This document shows, piece by piece, positions 9,790 to 24,220 of a DNA stretch of 64,000 nt. Source of the stretch: Macrostomum lignano. Lineage: Eukaryota. A model generated the notes under the pieces. The model made no database searches. It was not told where the DNA came from and was given only the letters and a program-made list of their open reading frames with translations. A program made the translations under genes and the position numbers. The stretch lies in NCBI GenBank assembly GCA_002269645.1, contig NIVC01002837.1, positions 62,001-126,000 of the forward strand, in the 5' to 3' direction. Each line of letters opens with the position of its first letter. Position 1 is the first letter of the stretch.

Positions 9790-10060
9790 ACTCTCGGCAA
9801 AAGATCCCAAACTCTCTGCAAAATATCCCAAACTCCCAGCAAAAGATCCCAAACTTTCTTCAATAGATCCCAAACTCTCAGCAAAAGATCCCAAACTCTC
9901 AGCAAAAGATCCCAAACTCTCTACAAAATATCCCAAACTCTCAGCAAAAGATCCCCGAATCTGCAAAAGATCCCCGAATCTGCAAAAGATCCCAAACTTT
10001 CTGCAAAAGATCCCGAACTTTCTGCAAAAAATCCCAATCTCTCTGAAAAATATCCCAGAA
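9790..10060. repeat. 21-bp minisatellite GCAAAAGATCCCAAACTCTCA
   Basis: Period 21. Confidence 0.9.
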
Positions 10061-10544
10061 AATTTTCTTATGATCTCAAGGCCTAAAATTTCCTAATTTA
10101 ATTAGCAAATCAGAACTCCAATACGATTGAAAAACTTTATTAAATCATTCTATTTCTCGAATTTCAGACCAGAAGTTAGTCAGAATTATTCACTATACAC
10201 TTCGACATACTCCGTACAGCAATAAATCAATCATTAGCAGATGACAAGTCAAGTTTCTCCAGGGCATCAGATTTCGCCCACTTTATAAACCGAAAACACT
10301 GCCCTCCATAGGAGATCAAGAGACCGCGGCCCCAGTCCCAGGTCGAGTGGCCTGTCAGCCAGCACGTCAACTCATATTTATATGGCTAATTTCTGACCCA
10401 ATCCTTACTTGGCCTGTTCGTCAGCCCTGAACTGACAAGCCTGTGTGAATTATGCAACAGCAAGACTGCGCGCCATGACTAAAAATCATTAGACTACATC
10501 AGCTCTCAGAAATTCAAGACACTGTCTTAACTCTTCAACTTAAC

Positions 10545-11175
10545 CACAAACCTCTAAGCTTCATCACAAACTCTAAGCTTCAATGCTTCATCACAAACCC
10601 TTCAGCTTCATCACAAACCCCTAAGCCTCATCACGCACCCTAAGCTTCATCACAAACCCCTAAGCTTCATCGCAAACCCTAAACTCCATCACAAACCCTA
10701 AACTCCATCACAAATCCTAAACTCCATCACAAATCCTAAACTCCATCACAAACCCTAAACTCCATCACAAACCCTAAACTCCATCGCAAACCCTAAACTC
10801 CATCACAAACCCTAAACTTCATCACAAATCCTAAACTCCATCACAAACCCTAAACTCCATCACAAATCCTAAACTCCATCACAAATCCTAAACTCCATCA
10901 CAAACCCTAAACTCCATCACAAACCCTAAACTCCATCGCAAACCCTAAACTCCATCACAAACCCTAAACTTCATCACAAATCCTAAACTCCATCACAAAC
11001 CCTAAACTCCATCACAAATCCTAAACTCCATCACAAATCCTAAACTCCATCACAAACCCTAAACTTCATCACAAATCCTAAACTCCATCGCAAATCCTAA
11101 ACTCCATCACAAACCCTTCAACTTCATCACAAACCCCAAACTTTAATCACAAACCCTTAATCTTTAACCGAAACC
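10545..11175. repeat. 19-bp minisatellite AAACTCCATCACAAACCCT
   Basis: Period 19. Confidence 0.95.
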
Positions 11176-11784
11176 TTAAGCTCAATGGATATTCACAATC
11201 GCAACTAAAAAAACTAAATTTATGCCTTTTTTCGCCAAGTAGTTTACAATCCAGATAGCTTTAATAGCTACAAGTAGTCAATGGCTAAGGCGGCGTTATT
11301 GGTGAGATACGTAGCCTCTCTGTCCGGGTAATAAATGAATAGTACCCGTCAAGATTAGCAAATTAATAGTGAGCCAGGTGGCTTCAAAAACAGTTTTTTA
11401 GCTACTTCTCATCAGCTCTTATCTCTTCTCCTCAGACTTTCTGAGACTTTTTATCAGAAAATTATTAATAACGAATAGTCCTTTATCGGAGAGAAAAGGC
11501 TCGCTTCGCTTCATTTAAAATCCAAGCCGTCGGATTAATCTTGGCATTCGTGGAAACTGACTGAATGAATAAATTGAGCTTTCTAAGCTATTATGATTTT
11601 TAACCCTAAAAGCAGAAGACCCCAACTCCGATGGGAAATCCGAAAAAGTCCCTATCTCGATTAACAATCTTCATCAAATTAACAAAACTGATTGATGCTG
11701 GCTTGCTTTCTTCAGCTTCACTGACACTGCCCGTCTCAAAACTGACTGTGCCAAATCTTCTTGGCTGCAACTGTCTTCTGCTCC

Positions 11785-12265
11785 TTCATCTCTCTGACTC
11801 TCCTCATCTACTTCTCTGAATCTCATTATCTACTTCTCTGACTCTCATTAGCTACTTCTCTGACTCTCCTCATCTACTTCTCTGACTCTCATTATCTACT
11901 TCTCTGACTCTCCTCATCTACTTCTCTGACTCTCATTATCTACTTCTCTGACTCTCCTCATCTACTTCTCTGACTCTCATTATCTACTTCTCTGACTCTC
12001 ATTATCTACTTCCCTGACTCTCATCATCTACTTCTATGATTTACATTATCTACTGTGACTCTCATTATCTACTTCTCTGACTCTCATTATCTACTTCTCT
12101 GACTCTCATTATCTACTTCCCTGACTCTCATCATCTACTTCTATGATTTACATTATCTACTGTGACTCTCATCATTTACTTCTCAGACTCTCATTATCTA
12201 CTTCTGAGTCTCTTTATCTACTTCTCTGACTCTCATTATCTACCTCTCTGAATCTCCATATCTAC
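11785..12265. repeat. 22-23-bp minisatellite CTACTTCTCTGACTCTCATTAT
   Basis: Period 22-23. Confidence 0.9.
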
Positions 12266-12927
12266 GCCTCTTTCTGCCTCCAATCTAAATCTCCTGTCTA
12301 CCTTACTCTACCTCTCATCTCTTCATATCTACCCTCTATCTCTTCTTAATATCTCACACGCTTCCATCTACCGAACTCAAAATATTTCTACTCAGCTTCC
12401 TTTCTCCCCTTCATCCCAACACCCAGACCTGTCATCTCCAATTTTCCCACGGCGGCTCGTGCGAGTTAAAGGATCGAAGCTTTTTGGCCTCCTAAAATAA
12501 ATTTGATCCCAAATTAAGAGTCAGGGGAGAGGATTATGATTAAGCAGTGGGTGGATAATTATGTTACGTAATTTGGTATTAAACGGATAGGCGCAGGCAG
12601 CAAAAATGAGTAGATGAGTAAAAGATGGGAAATGGCACAGAGAGCTCACTGCAGCATGTGAGGCCATTAAGGCCTTAGTAGGGCTTGATGATGAACGCTG
12701 ATGCAGCAGAGGCGAGCATAAAGATGAGTCAATTAACGACATTGTTGGCGTATAGTGCAGCATGCGAGCCATTGTTATGAATTTACTGATTGTATTGTAT
12801 TTTTTCTCTACAGTCAGATTTAATTATAAACTCAGGAACTTCATGGCGACGTCATAAAAACCCTGTACGGCTTTATTGAACCAATAATTTTTTTGTTATT
12901 TAACCAATTATCAATGATAGTTCACAT

Positions 12928-14690
12928 GAATGGCGCCCCATCAAATGAAATGGCGCCTCTATCAAATGAAATGGCGCCCCCAAAAAATGAAATGGCGCCT
13001 CCAGCAGATGAAATGGCGACCCACTAAATGAAATGGCGCCTTCAGCAAAGGAAATGGCGACCCACGAAATGAAATGGCGCCTCCAGCAGAGGAAATGGCG
13101 ACCCACGAAATGAAATGGCGCCTCCAGCAGAGGAAATGGCGACCCACGAAATGAAATGGCGCCTCCAGCAGAGGAAATGGCGACCCACGAAATGAAATGG
13201 CGCCTCCAGCAGAGGAAATGGCGACCCACTAAATGAAATAGCGCCCCATCAAATGAAATGGCGCTCCCATCAAATAAAATGGCGCCTCTGTCAAATGACA
13301 TGGCGTCCCCATCAAATGAAATGGCGCCCCTGTCAAATGAAATGGCGCCCCATCAAATGAAATGGTGCTCCCATCAAATGAAATGGCGCCCCCATCAAAT
13401 GAAATGGCGCCTCCATCAAATGAAATGGCGCCCCCATCAAATGAAATGGCGCCCCATCAAATGAAATGGTGCTCCCATCAAATGAAATGGCGCCCCCATC
13501 AAATGAAATGGCGCCCCTGTCAAATGAAATGGCGCCCCATCAAATGAAATGGTGCTCCCATCAAATGAAATGGCGCCCCCATCAAATGAAATGGCGCCCC
13601 CATCAAATGAAATGGCGCCCCTGTCAAATGAAATGGCGCCCCATCAAATGAAATGGTGCTCCCATCAAATGAAATGGCGCCCCCATCAAATGAAATGGCG
13701 CCCCCATCAAATGAAATGGTGCTCCCATCAAATGAAATGGCGCCTGTATCAAATGAAATGGCGCCTCCATCAAACGAAATGGCGCCCCAATAAATGAAAT
13801 GGCGCCTCTGTCAAATGACATGGCGTCCCCATCAAATGAAATGGCGCCCCTGTCAAATGAAATGGCGCCCCATCAAATGAAATGGTGCTCCCATCAAATG
13901 AAATGGCGCCCCCATCAAATGAAATGCTGCTCCCATCAAATGAAATGGCGCCTGTATCAAATGAAATGGCGCCTCCATCAAACGAAATGGCGCCCCAATA
14001 AATGAAATGGCGCCTCTGTCAAATGACATGGCGTCCCCATCAAATGAAATGGCGCCTCTGTCAAATGACATGGCGTCCCCATCAAATGAAATGGCGCCCC
14101 TGTCAAATGAAATGGCGCCCCATCAAATGAAATGGTGCTCCCATCAAATGAAATGGCGCCCCATCAAATGAAATGGTGCTCCCATCAAATGAAATGGCGC
14201 CCCATCAAATGAAATGGCGACCCACTAAATGAAATGGCGCCCCATCAAATGAAATGGCGCTCCCATCAAATGAAAGGGCGCCTCTGTCAAATGATATGGC
14301 GTCCCCATCAAATGAAATGGCGCCCCATCAAATGAAATGGCGCCCCATCAAATGAAATGGTGCTCCCATCAAATGAAATGGTGCTCCCATCAAATGGAAT
14401 GGCGCCCCTGTCAAACGAAATGGCGACCCACTAAATGAAATGGCGCCCCATCAAATGAAATGGCGCTCCCATCAAATGAAAGGGCGCCTCTGTCAAATGA
14501 TATGGCGTCCCCATCAAATGAAATGGCGCCCCATCAAATGAAATGGCGCCCCATCAAATGAAATGGTGCTCCCATCAAATGAAATGGCGCCCCCATCAAA
14601 TGAAATGGCGCCCCTGTCAAATGAAATGGCGCCCCATCAAATGAAATGGCGCCTATATCAAATGAAATGCCGCCCCTGTCGAATGAAATG
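12928..14690. repeat. 20-21-bp minisatellite ATCAAATGAAATGGCGCCCC
   Basis: About 85 units. Confidence 0.95.
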
Positions 14691-15474
14691 GGAAGCTGAG
14701 TCGCAGGATTTTCAAATAAAAATTCTCATCTCATGCAAAGACACATTTTATTCTGAATTTCATTTGATAAAGTTTTCTAACGCAGGTAATACATTTATAT
14801 ATATAAGAAAGACTAATAAGCTTGGAAATCTTGAAAAACAACACTGAACTTGAATTCCATTGGGAATCTGGGATTAAATGGAAATCAATGAATATTTTCT
14901 ACAGCTAATTAGATAAAGGTAGTTCAAGCTGGATTAGAACAGAGTCCTAGGGCTAAGGCTAGTGCTAGGGTTTGGGTTTCCGAGTGATTTTCTCGAGAAA
15001 AAAGTTCAAACCTTCCTCGGCCGCATTAGTCACAGATATAGTACTACAGTACGTGCCCCTCGTAGTTAAATTCGAAATCCGATATTTGCGAGGTTGTTTA
15101 TTCTATAGTTGGAATACTAGTGAGGAAATTGAAGGTCCCACGGTCCGCCAGACTCCTCCTTCATCTGGTTCGACCGGCGGAATCTGCTGTTCTTGGTGCG
15201 TGCGCCGCCCACCGTGCGTTCGTAATTTAAAGAAAAAATTACACGGACGTAACTTTGGAAGCTGAGGAAGGACCAAATGAACCGATTTTTAAGTGGCTGC
15301 TTCAGGTTCCGAAGACGGGAAGTGAGTTTTTTCAAGTGACTGGAAAATAGAAGCTTTTAAATGTCAGTCAGTACTATAAAAATGTGGCTAAGTGCCCCTA
15401 TACCACAGTACAGGCAAGGGCATCTTCCTGACTGTAGCACAGGGGGGTCTGGAATAGCGCCGACCCGTCTTAGT

Positions 15475-15786
15475 ATCTGGGAGGCTGGCCCAGCAACTGA
15501 GGATCTGGGAGGCTGGCCCAGCCACTGAGGATCTGGGAGGCTGGCCCAGCAACTGAGGATCTGGGAGGCTGGCCCAGCAACTGAGGATCTGGGAGGCTGG
15601 CCCAGCAACTGAGGATCTGGGAGGCTGGCCCAGCAACTGAGGATCTGGGAGGCTGGCCCAGAAACTGAGGATCTGGGAGGCTGGCCCAGCAACTGAGGAT
15701 CTGGGAGGCTGGCCCAGCAACTGAGGATCTGAGAAGCTGGCCCAGCAATTGAGGATCTGGGAGGCTGGCCCAGCAACTGAGGATCT
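15475..15786. repeat. 28-bp minisatellite ACTGAGGATCTGGGAGGCTGGCCCAGCA
   Basis: Period 28. Confidence 0.95.
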
Positions 15787-16221
15787 GAAAGGACGACCCA
15801 GTACTGATAATTTGGAAGAGTAGGTGGTACTACTTGAGAACCATTATGATCATTAAAAATCGACGAAAAAAACAACTCAGAGTCAGAGCTGAGTTTGGGT
15901 ACGATTTTTTTAAAGTGCCACAGCCTGAGAAAGCAGCAGATCAGGCTGAGCATGCTGCGAGCTCACCGATGCTCCGTCATCTCATCCATCGGCCCCTGCG
16001 TGGGTTTTTTATTTCAAGCTTTCTTACACCAGCCTTGCAAACTAATTTTAAATATAACTTAAAAAACACGAATGAATGGAAGTTTCTAGGAAATAGTTTA
16101 ACAAAATTCAGCCGACTGTTAATTAACTGTCGCGGACTTAAAAAAAGGATTAAAAGGAAAAGCAAACCTTAACAAAAGATTAGATTGAAAAATGAGCTAG
16201 ATACCTTTTTCACATGGAATT

Positions 16222-16470
16222 TCCCAAATCCCAGATCACAATTTCCCAAATCCCAGATCGCAATCCCATAAATCCCAGGTCCCAATCTCATAAATCCCGG
16301 AACCCATAAATCCCAGATCCCAATCCCATAAATCCCAGATCCCAATCCCATAAATCCCAGATCCCAATTCCATAAATCCCAGGCCCTAATCCCATAAATC
16401 CCAGATCCCAATCCCATAAATCCCAGATCCCATAAATCCCAGGTCCCATAAATCATAGATCCCAATCCTA
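16222..16470. repeat. ~22-bp minisatellite CATAAATCCCAGATCCCAATCC
   Basis: Built from 7-8-bp subunits. Confidence 0.9.
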
Positions 16471-16590
16471 CAAATCCTTATCCTGAGATTTGAATAGGAC
16501 TTTCTTAGAAATCCTAGTTTCCCCTAGATCCAAGGTGATCCCTAGAAATTGCATATCATTGAGCAATCGCAAAAATTGGCCAAAACTCAC

Positions 16591-16795
16591 AGCTGAACGC
16601 CTGGGCAACCCCGCAGATGGCCACCACCGACCGGATGCGCAGGATGAACAGCCGGAAGCCGGTGAAAGCCAGGAAGAAAGTCAATAACAGCAGCAGGCAG
16701 CAGGCGGTGGCCATCAGGACGAAGGCCAACTTCCACAGCGGGCTGGGGATCTCGGCGAAGTGGCGATAATGAGCGCAGTCCATCACCAGACGGAC
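16591..16795 (-). CDS. LHFPL: LHFPL-family protein, exon 2
   Basis: CCCAG acceptor, GTGAGT donor; VRLVMDCAHYRHFAEIPSPLWKLAFVLMATACCLLLLL...VAICGVAQAFS matches the family motif C.Y..F..IPS..W; phase 0 to 1. Confidence 0.85.
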
Positions 16796-16959
16796 CTGGG
16801 TGGGTTGAGCCAAGGTTGAGGATCGATCAATGTACATTGTATTGTAAATTTTGGCTGTCAAATAACCTCGAGATTTTGAGTAGTATCTGAATGACCTTGA
16901 AAGTTACAGTCAAGCCATAATAGCCCTGAAAGGGTATAGGAATCTAACTACAGCTAGAC

Positions 16960-17670
16960 GACCTTGAAATTTTTGGGTCTGAATTCAATTGACCTTGAAT
17001 GGATGGGGCCTGAATTTAAATGACCTTGAAAGAATCGGGTCTGAAACCGAATGAAATTGGAAGGATGGGGTCTGAAATCAAATGACCTTGGAATCGGAAG
17101 AATGGTTTTTGAATTAAAATGACCTTAAAAGAATGGGGTCTGAAATCAAATGACCTTCAAAAGGTACTGTGTGAGAAGTCAAATGACCTTAAAAGAATGG
17201 GTCGAAATCAAATGACTTTGAAAGAATGGGTCGAAGTTAAAGACCTTGAAAGAATGGGGTCTGAAATCAAATGACCTTCAAAAGGTAGTGTCGGAAGTCA
17301 AATGACCTTGAAAGAATGGGTCGAAGTCAAATGACTTTGAAAGAATGGGTCGAAGTTAAAGACCTTGAAAGAATGGGGTCTGAAATCAAATGACCTTCAA
17401 AAGGTAGTGTCGGAAGTCAAATGACCTTGAAAGAATGGGTCGGAAGTCAAATGACCTTGAAGGAATGGGTCGAAGTTAAATGACCTTGAAAGAATGGGTC
17501 AAAGTCAAATGACCTTGAAAGAATGGGTCAAAGTCAAATGACCTTGAAAGAATGGGTCAAAGTCAAATGACCTTGAAAGAATGGGTCAAAGTCAAATGAC
17601 CTTGAAAGAATGGGTCAAAATCAAATGACCTTGAAAGAATGAGATCGGATCTACCAAAATGACATTGAAA
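16960..17670. repeat. 29-bp minisatellite AATGACCTTGAAAGAATGGGTCAAAGTCA
   Basis: Period 29, degenerate to the left. Confidence 0.9.
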
Positions 17671-17736
17671 GGTGACACCAAAGTTATTCAGCTATTTTCT
17701 CGAAATTCCAAGCAAATAAAATTAAAACAAGCTCAC

Positions 17737-18174
17737 CTGTCCATCAACCTGTCTAGGATAGGCGCACAGCCTGAACAGGCCCAAATCGCTGAGCTGTTTT
17801 TTAACATTGCTGGCCTCCCGGCTGCCTTTGAGCCAGTAGGGCAGCAGGAAGCCGGCGGCGGTCATCATGCCGCCAACCCAGCACATGAACACCCAGCCGA
17901 CCCACAGGCAGCGCAGGTTGAAGGCTGCCACGGCCGACGCGGCGGCGTCTTTCGACGACAGTACGGCCACCATGTCGGAGCGCTGCTGACCACCGCTGCT
18001 GGACGAACTCGCCGTGGCAGCAGCTTTGCGTCTCTCAAGAAGCTGGTCGGTCTTGCTGGATGCGGCTGCGGCTGCGGCCGCGGCGGCATCTGAGTAGCTC
18101 TCCATGGATTTGTGGCTGCGGTGATGAAGCGGCGGGCGTCCGTTTCCGTTTCCGTTGCATCCGTTTGAGCGCAT
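17737..18174 (-). CDS. LHFPL: LHFPL-family (LHFPL6/LHFP-like) tetraspan membrane protein, exon 1
   Basis: ATG 18174; poly-Ala/Ser N-terminus; TM1 CLWVGWVFMCWVGGMMTAAGFLLPYWLKGS; DLGLFRLCAYP; donor GTGAGC after 17737, phase 0. Confidence 0.8.
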
Positions 18175-18367
18175 ATTGCGGTTTCACGCCGCCGCTTCGC
18201 TGCCAATTCTGGGAAGTTGTTTTTGAGTACACACTTTTTGAGAGGCAAGATTAGTTTTTGTTATTTTACAAAAAACTATTAAGGCAATAAGGCTCAAACA
18301 GTTTCTCCATCAGATTTTTAGAGGTAGAGCTCTAGAGATGACTGAAGGATCTAAACTACAGTACAGG

Positions 18368-19090
18368 GGTGATTCTTAAAGTGGTTGAGTCGGGGGTGAT
18401 TCTCAAACTGGTTGAGTCGGGGGTGATTCTCAAACTGGTTGAGTCAGAGAGCGATTCTCAAACTGGTTGAGTCAGAGAGCGATTCTCAAACTGGTTGAGT
18501 CAGAGGGCGATTCTGAGACTGGTTGAGTCAGAGGGCGATTCTGAGACTGGTTGAGTCAGAGAGCGATTCTCAAACTGGTTGAGTCAGAGAGCGATTCTCA
18601 GACTGGTTGAGTCAGAGAGCGATTCTCAAGCTGGTTGAGTCAGAGAGCGATTCTCAAACTGGTTGAGTCAGAGAGCGATTCTCAAACTGGTTGAGTCAGA
18701 GAGCGATTCTCAAACTGGTTGAGTCAGAGGGCGATTCTGAGACTGGTTGAGTCAGAGGGCGATTCTGAGACTGGTTGAGTCAGAGGGCGATTTTGAGACT
18801 GGTGAGTCAGAGGGCGATTCTGAGACTGGTTGAGTCAGAGAGCGATTCTGAGACTGGTTGAGTCAGAGAGCGATTCTCAAACTGGTTGAGTCAGAGAGCG
18901 ATTCTCAAACTGGTTGAGTCAGAGGGCGATTCTCAAACTGGTTGAGTCAGAGGGCGATTCTCAAACTGGTTGAGTCAGAGGGCGATTCTCAAACTGGTTG
19001 AGTCAGAGGGCGATTCTCAGAGTGGTTGAGTCAGAGGGCGATTCTGAGACTGGTTGAGTCAGAGGGCGATTCTCAGAGTGGTTGAGTCAC
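18368..19090. repeat. 28-bp minisatellite GGTTGAGTCAGAGAGCGATTCTCAAACT
   Basis: Period 28. Confidence 0.95.
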
Positions 19091-22000
19091 CGAGTGAGGG
19101 CGGGGGTACAGTTAAAGCGTTTGAGTCAGTCAGATTTCAGATAGAACTCTTCAGTCAATTGTCAGTTGCATGTCATTAGAATGAGTGTCATTAATAACTT
19201 TCTTTAGACGAGTCTTTTCATTAAACACTAGTTCACGATTGCATTCAGTGGCATTCGCCCACCTGTAGTACAGTTCCTGCCTGCCTGATTAAGCTAATCG
19301 CTAAACTCACGCTCAAGCATGCGCGCCCAGGATTTCTTTATAAGATAAGATTGTCACGCGGGAAAGAGGCTGTAATCCGAGAAGAAAAATTCGTAAGAGT
19401 CGTCAATCTTGTCGTTGGAAAATCTCGCGCGACAAGGCAAAGGCGGGAGGACCCACACCTATTTGCTGGCTTCTGTTCTGACTGGCCAGGTGAGAGCAAA
19501 TGGATATGGGCAGGTAGGCAGGCAGATGGTCTCGCATTTCACAGAGCCCATGCAGACTGTTAATTACGCTAACACTGTTATAGGGGCGGAGGCCTCTACC
19601 CTGCCTGCTCCCCTCGCCGTAAAACAATTATCGATCTAATAATCAGTGCGAGGTGTGGATGGACCTGATTTTAACAGCTCTGATAAGCCAATGTAGGTCT
19701 ACCGTTTACTCCCTCTTCGGAGCCAAAAACCAACCCTGGCTCGTACTGATAAGGGCGATAATTATCACGTTATAGTTATTAAAGGTTGGGCAATGGGCAA
19801 CATAACATTGTTTTTGTGCTACGTGCTAAATCACGTGATGCCAATTAGTAAATTAGTTACACCCTTTGTCTCGTACTTTGTTAGTCAGATAACTGAAAAG
19901 CTAACTGAAATAAATATTTCACAATGGTTTTATCAGAAAAAAAGTATTTGCTATTAGATGACGAGGCGGAGACTACTACAACTGAAGATATAGTTACTCA
20001 CGCCGTTTGCCTAGCTGATTGCTATGACAAAAAATACTGCGAGGCATAGTCTATACTCCAGCCAATGTTTCAGCTTTTCAAAGACGATAATGGAAGGCAA
20101 ATTTGTTTTACAAGAGGGTTATAGCAGCCAGAGCTCGACTGCCTACCTACCTTGCCTTCCCTATTGCAAGACAGGTAAGCCAGGTACCTATCAATCAATC
20201 CGACAATCCCAATACGGAAAGCACTTATAGAGAGTAAAATATTCGAATGGATCGATAGAATGTACTTTTATTCTGCTGCAATCGGGGATATTGCCACTTT
20301 GAAAATAGAATACTGCCTTCACTGTGTCTAATCTAACCTACGCTGGCGCAGGTAAAAAACCTCATTCTAATGCTCTCCATTGCGATGAGAGATGGGGGAG
20401 GGAGTCTGCATAGTACGTCAGCCAGTTTAACTGAATCGGGGACACACCGCGGCAGAGGGCACTATTATGAAGCCATGGATGAGACTTAGAAGACAATCGA
20501 GAGGCATAGAAGAGGGGAAGAGAGATAAAGAGTTGGGAGAGTAGCTGAGTAGCTCTGCTCAGTGCCAAAACTCACCTATCCGGGCCTTGTGACTAGTAGG
20601 GACTAGATTAGGCCTCTTTATAATAATGGTAGAAGCTTTGGAAAGTGGGGGAAACATGAATACATGCATGGCATGCCATCGGCCTTGCATAGGTGAAATT
20701 CTGTCACAGTATTCAAAGGCAGGCGGAGTTCAAAATCAAATAGAACAAAAGAGGCACAGAGCAGAACAAAGCAAAAATGACAGGCTGCCTGCTGCAGCCG
20801 CAGGCTATGACTGACTGTGTTGGCTTCTTCTAAAAGCAATATTATCCGCTAAAAGCAATCGAAACGAATATACAGGCGATGAATTCGAAACAGCGATTTT
20901 TATTTTGTTTAGTCTGAGTCTGAGAAAAAGCGATAATAAACCAGGAGAGTCAGCTGAAACAGAGCAATTACTAACCTTGTCTTTTGTTAATCTGTTGCTT
21001 GAATTCTTGCACCAGCGACAGGCAGAAAAGAAAAGATGCTCTCTAGCAGTCTTTCTATGTTCTTTCGCTTCTTTGATCAAATCAAAAAAATTGCTCCGAG
21101 TTTGCTGTCCTCTGACAAGCTTTCAGACTCGTGAGAGATGAAATAAAAAGATACAGCTGCGAGTCTGGTCTCCGCCCCTCTTCTTTTCTTCTTAATAATA
21201 ATAATAATTGCAAATTGGCGAAGAACAAGCAGAGCGCAGAATGAGCGGTTCCAGTGCGGGCGGGAGAGGGCCCTGCTTACACTGCACAGTTGTGTTTGTT
21301 TTAAGCCTTTGCCAGTATAAAATACATACGCCACTATAGCCGACTAACGCTATTGCCTGTATTATTAATACAAAAAATTTTTCGCCCTGTTATTTAGTAG
21401 TAGTACTAGTAGGCCCCTCACTTCGCATTTGCGCGCTATTCCTATTTTATATTTAAGCCAAGCCATCCGGCCGTCACCCAATAGCGCACCCACCCCCTCC
21501 CTACCCCCCCCCCCCGCAGACTCTGCCGTTCTCTCCCTTGTCATTCGTCGTTGGTCTGTTGAATTCGATAGGGAGAGGGGGCTAGCTTGGGGGTTGGTAC
21601 AACCCGTCTTTTCCTTCCCTCGTTCCCCCTGCCCCCTGGAGGGGGAGGGGCTATACTGGCTGAGGGGAGGAGCGAGTCCTCCGGAGTTTATCTGGTGGGG
21701 AGGGTCCGGCGGACTGGATAGGGTTGGGCTATTGGCGAAGGACCGGCCTTCCTCCTGCTTCTTAACGGGGTTTGTGTCTGTAGACTGTCGTTTTTAATGC
21801 ATCTATCTTACCACCCCTTAACCCACCTATCTTTGCCTACCCCTTCCGGGCCTCCTTCTCCCCACGTTCGTTCCTCCAAACTTCTTTTCCTTTCCCAGCT
21901 GCTTCAATCCTTCCTGTTCCCGCAAGGGATCATATTAAAAAAGCTTAATGCTCCTCGCCTCGCCTGCATGGGCCCGGCCGTGACTTTTTTATTGCCCTTG

Positions 22001-22794
22001 CGATTATGATGATTTCAATACCGTAATTCCCATCCTTTTAAACTGAGCGAGCTCGTACATTGTACTATTAAAAGGACATCTGACGTTCATTACAAAGTAG
22101 CTACCTACCGTATGTACTTTGCTAGAATTTTATTCGTATTTTCTCTTTGACTTTAGGTTTCTGATTCTGAGTTTTTCTTAGGGATCATAATTCATAACAG
22201 CCTTAGGCATGCCTCCAATACGCATTAGTGATCTACATTATTATTACTAAGCCGAGACCGTGCGACATTGACTGATGGGTTCTCCTGATGACGATGAAGC
22301 TGGAAACAGTTTCACTTCTGCTTCGAGAGGCCAGCATATGAAAGCCTCTGGGCTGGCCGCCACTCTGCTTGCTTCGCTAGCCATGGGGAACAAACAGTTC
22401 TGACGTGCGAGGATGCAGTCGCGATTACGCAATCGCGCAAAACTATAAAAGGCGATGACGGTTTGGCAGGCTGTATGGGCAACAGAATCAGTTTGCTTTG
22501 TAGGCGCCAAGGCGTTACCAGGGGCTGTTTAAATGGAAGGTTTAGCCTGGCTTTTAGTCAACAAAAGCATGCGCGTTTGCATGCATTTCCTGTAAATATA
22601 CAGCAGCCAGTGTTACAGGGGATGGGCAGGGGGAAGTCCGCCTGTCTGTCTGCGTCCATCCACATTTATATGTGCTGCAGAACCGTGGGAGAACTCTACG
22701 AGAACTGGCTCACAAATAAGAATTTGCAGATGATGTTGGGCTAGTTCACTATATAAGAAAGTTATTATGTAAGATCGCTCTCAAATATACCTAT

Positions 22795-23218
22795 TTGTAG
22801 GCCCTAACTACCATTTTGTAGCCCATAACTACCTTTTTGTAGCCCTAAACTACCAGTTTGTCGTCCTTAACTACAATTTTATAGCTCTCAACTACCATTT
22901 TGTTGTCCTAAACTACCATTTTGTAGTCCTAAAGTACCATTCTGTAGTCCTAAACTACCATTCTGTAGTCCTAAACTACCAATCTTTAGTCCTTAACTAC
23001 CATTTTGTAGCCCTAAACTACCATTTTGTAGCCCTAAACTACCATTTTGTGGCCCTAAACTACATTCTGTAGTCCTAAACTAACATTCTGTATGGTCCTA
23101 AACTACCATTCTGTAGTCCTTAACTACCATTTTGTAGTCCTAAACTACCATTCTGTAGTCCTTAACTACCATTTTGTAGTCCTTAACTACCATTTTATAG
23201 TCCTAAACTACCATTTTT
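22795..23218. repeat. 21-bp minisatellite AACTACCATTTTGTAGTCCTA
   Basis: Period 21. Confidence 0.9.
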
Positions 23219-24220
23219 CAGGGTACCATTCACTCTGAAGTACATATACGTAAATACAAGTCCTCTGTAATGCACATGCATACGCACGTACATGTATGTA
23301 CTAGCAGATGGACTAAAGTAAAGTACAGCCGAAGCCTGAAGGCAATATTTTCTATAGTATACACGGTTACTACGTATTGTGTACAGTGCATGTACAGCAT
23401 ATGTTAAACACGTGTGTACACATACAGAATATAAGGGACAGATGGGTCTAATTATAATATTTAAAGCCTACACAGCATGTTATAAATAGAACAGAATTGA
23501 AATCGAATATGTATACACGTGAGCTTGCGACCACTATCACAGCTATATTCATCTCCCTCTGTTAATAAGGTATTGCGGTAACACGCCAGTCTTTGGGGGC
23601 CGCGGGTCCAAAGTTGCGCAACCACATACACATGAGCCTAGCCGGTTTCAAAGGCACTGACAGCCCATCTGCTTCGGTCTGTGGTTATTACAACATGCTT
23701 CTTTGTCAATAAAGACCTCCCTCAGCGGGCACTCTCTTCATCTCTCCCCGTCTTCTCGATCCCAACAGAGTGAGTCATGTGCATATAGGCGCGTATAAGT
23801 AATTCTTATTAAGGCTTAAGGCGACACCTAGTATAATATACAGAATTCATAATCATGGCCTGCATGCTGGGATCTATAAAGTGGCAGATGTTTTATTTGT
23901 ATCAGAGCAGTGTGTCGGCGCTCTGCATCTTTTCTATATTTTGTTTGTTTTGTTATATTCTAATTGTTTGATGAAAAATAGAAGCAAAAATGTGCTCTGA
24001 ATATTTCTATTGACTGTTTTTTCTGATATTAAAACATTTTTTCTTCATGATAATTTTTTTCGCAGTGGTTAACTTGAAATTAGGACATGTTACACTCTAC
24101 TCTACTATTAGTAAGGTTGTTAGGAAAGAGAAACTTTTTCTTACCCGAAATAAAATTGTACTTACAGTTGAGCGCCAGAAAGGATGTTGGAAGCACCACA
24201 ATTGGTGTTGAGGCGCGATG

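Noticed and set aside
10545-11175. AAACCCTAAA as interstitial telomere (also 9180-9400)
   Set aside because: Occurs once within 19-21-bp units; no (TTAGGG)n or (TTTAGGG)n run.
22285-22330. CTGATGA...GAAAC as a hammerhead ribozyme core
   Set aside because: No stem III/NUH cleavage triplet or stem I could be built.
19100-23900. Unique region with CTAGT motifs and a pyrimidine-rich block (21430-22010) as Helitron or retroelement remnants
   Set aside because: No terminal hairpin, TIR, TSD or recognisable protein motif could be established.
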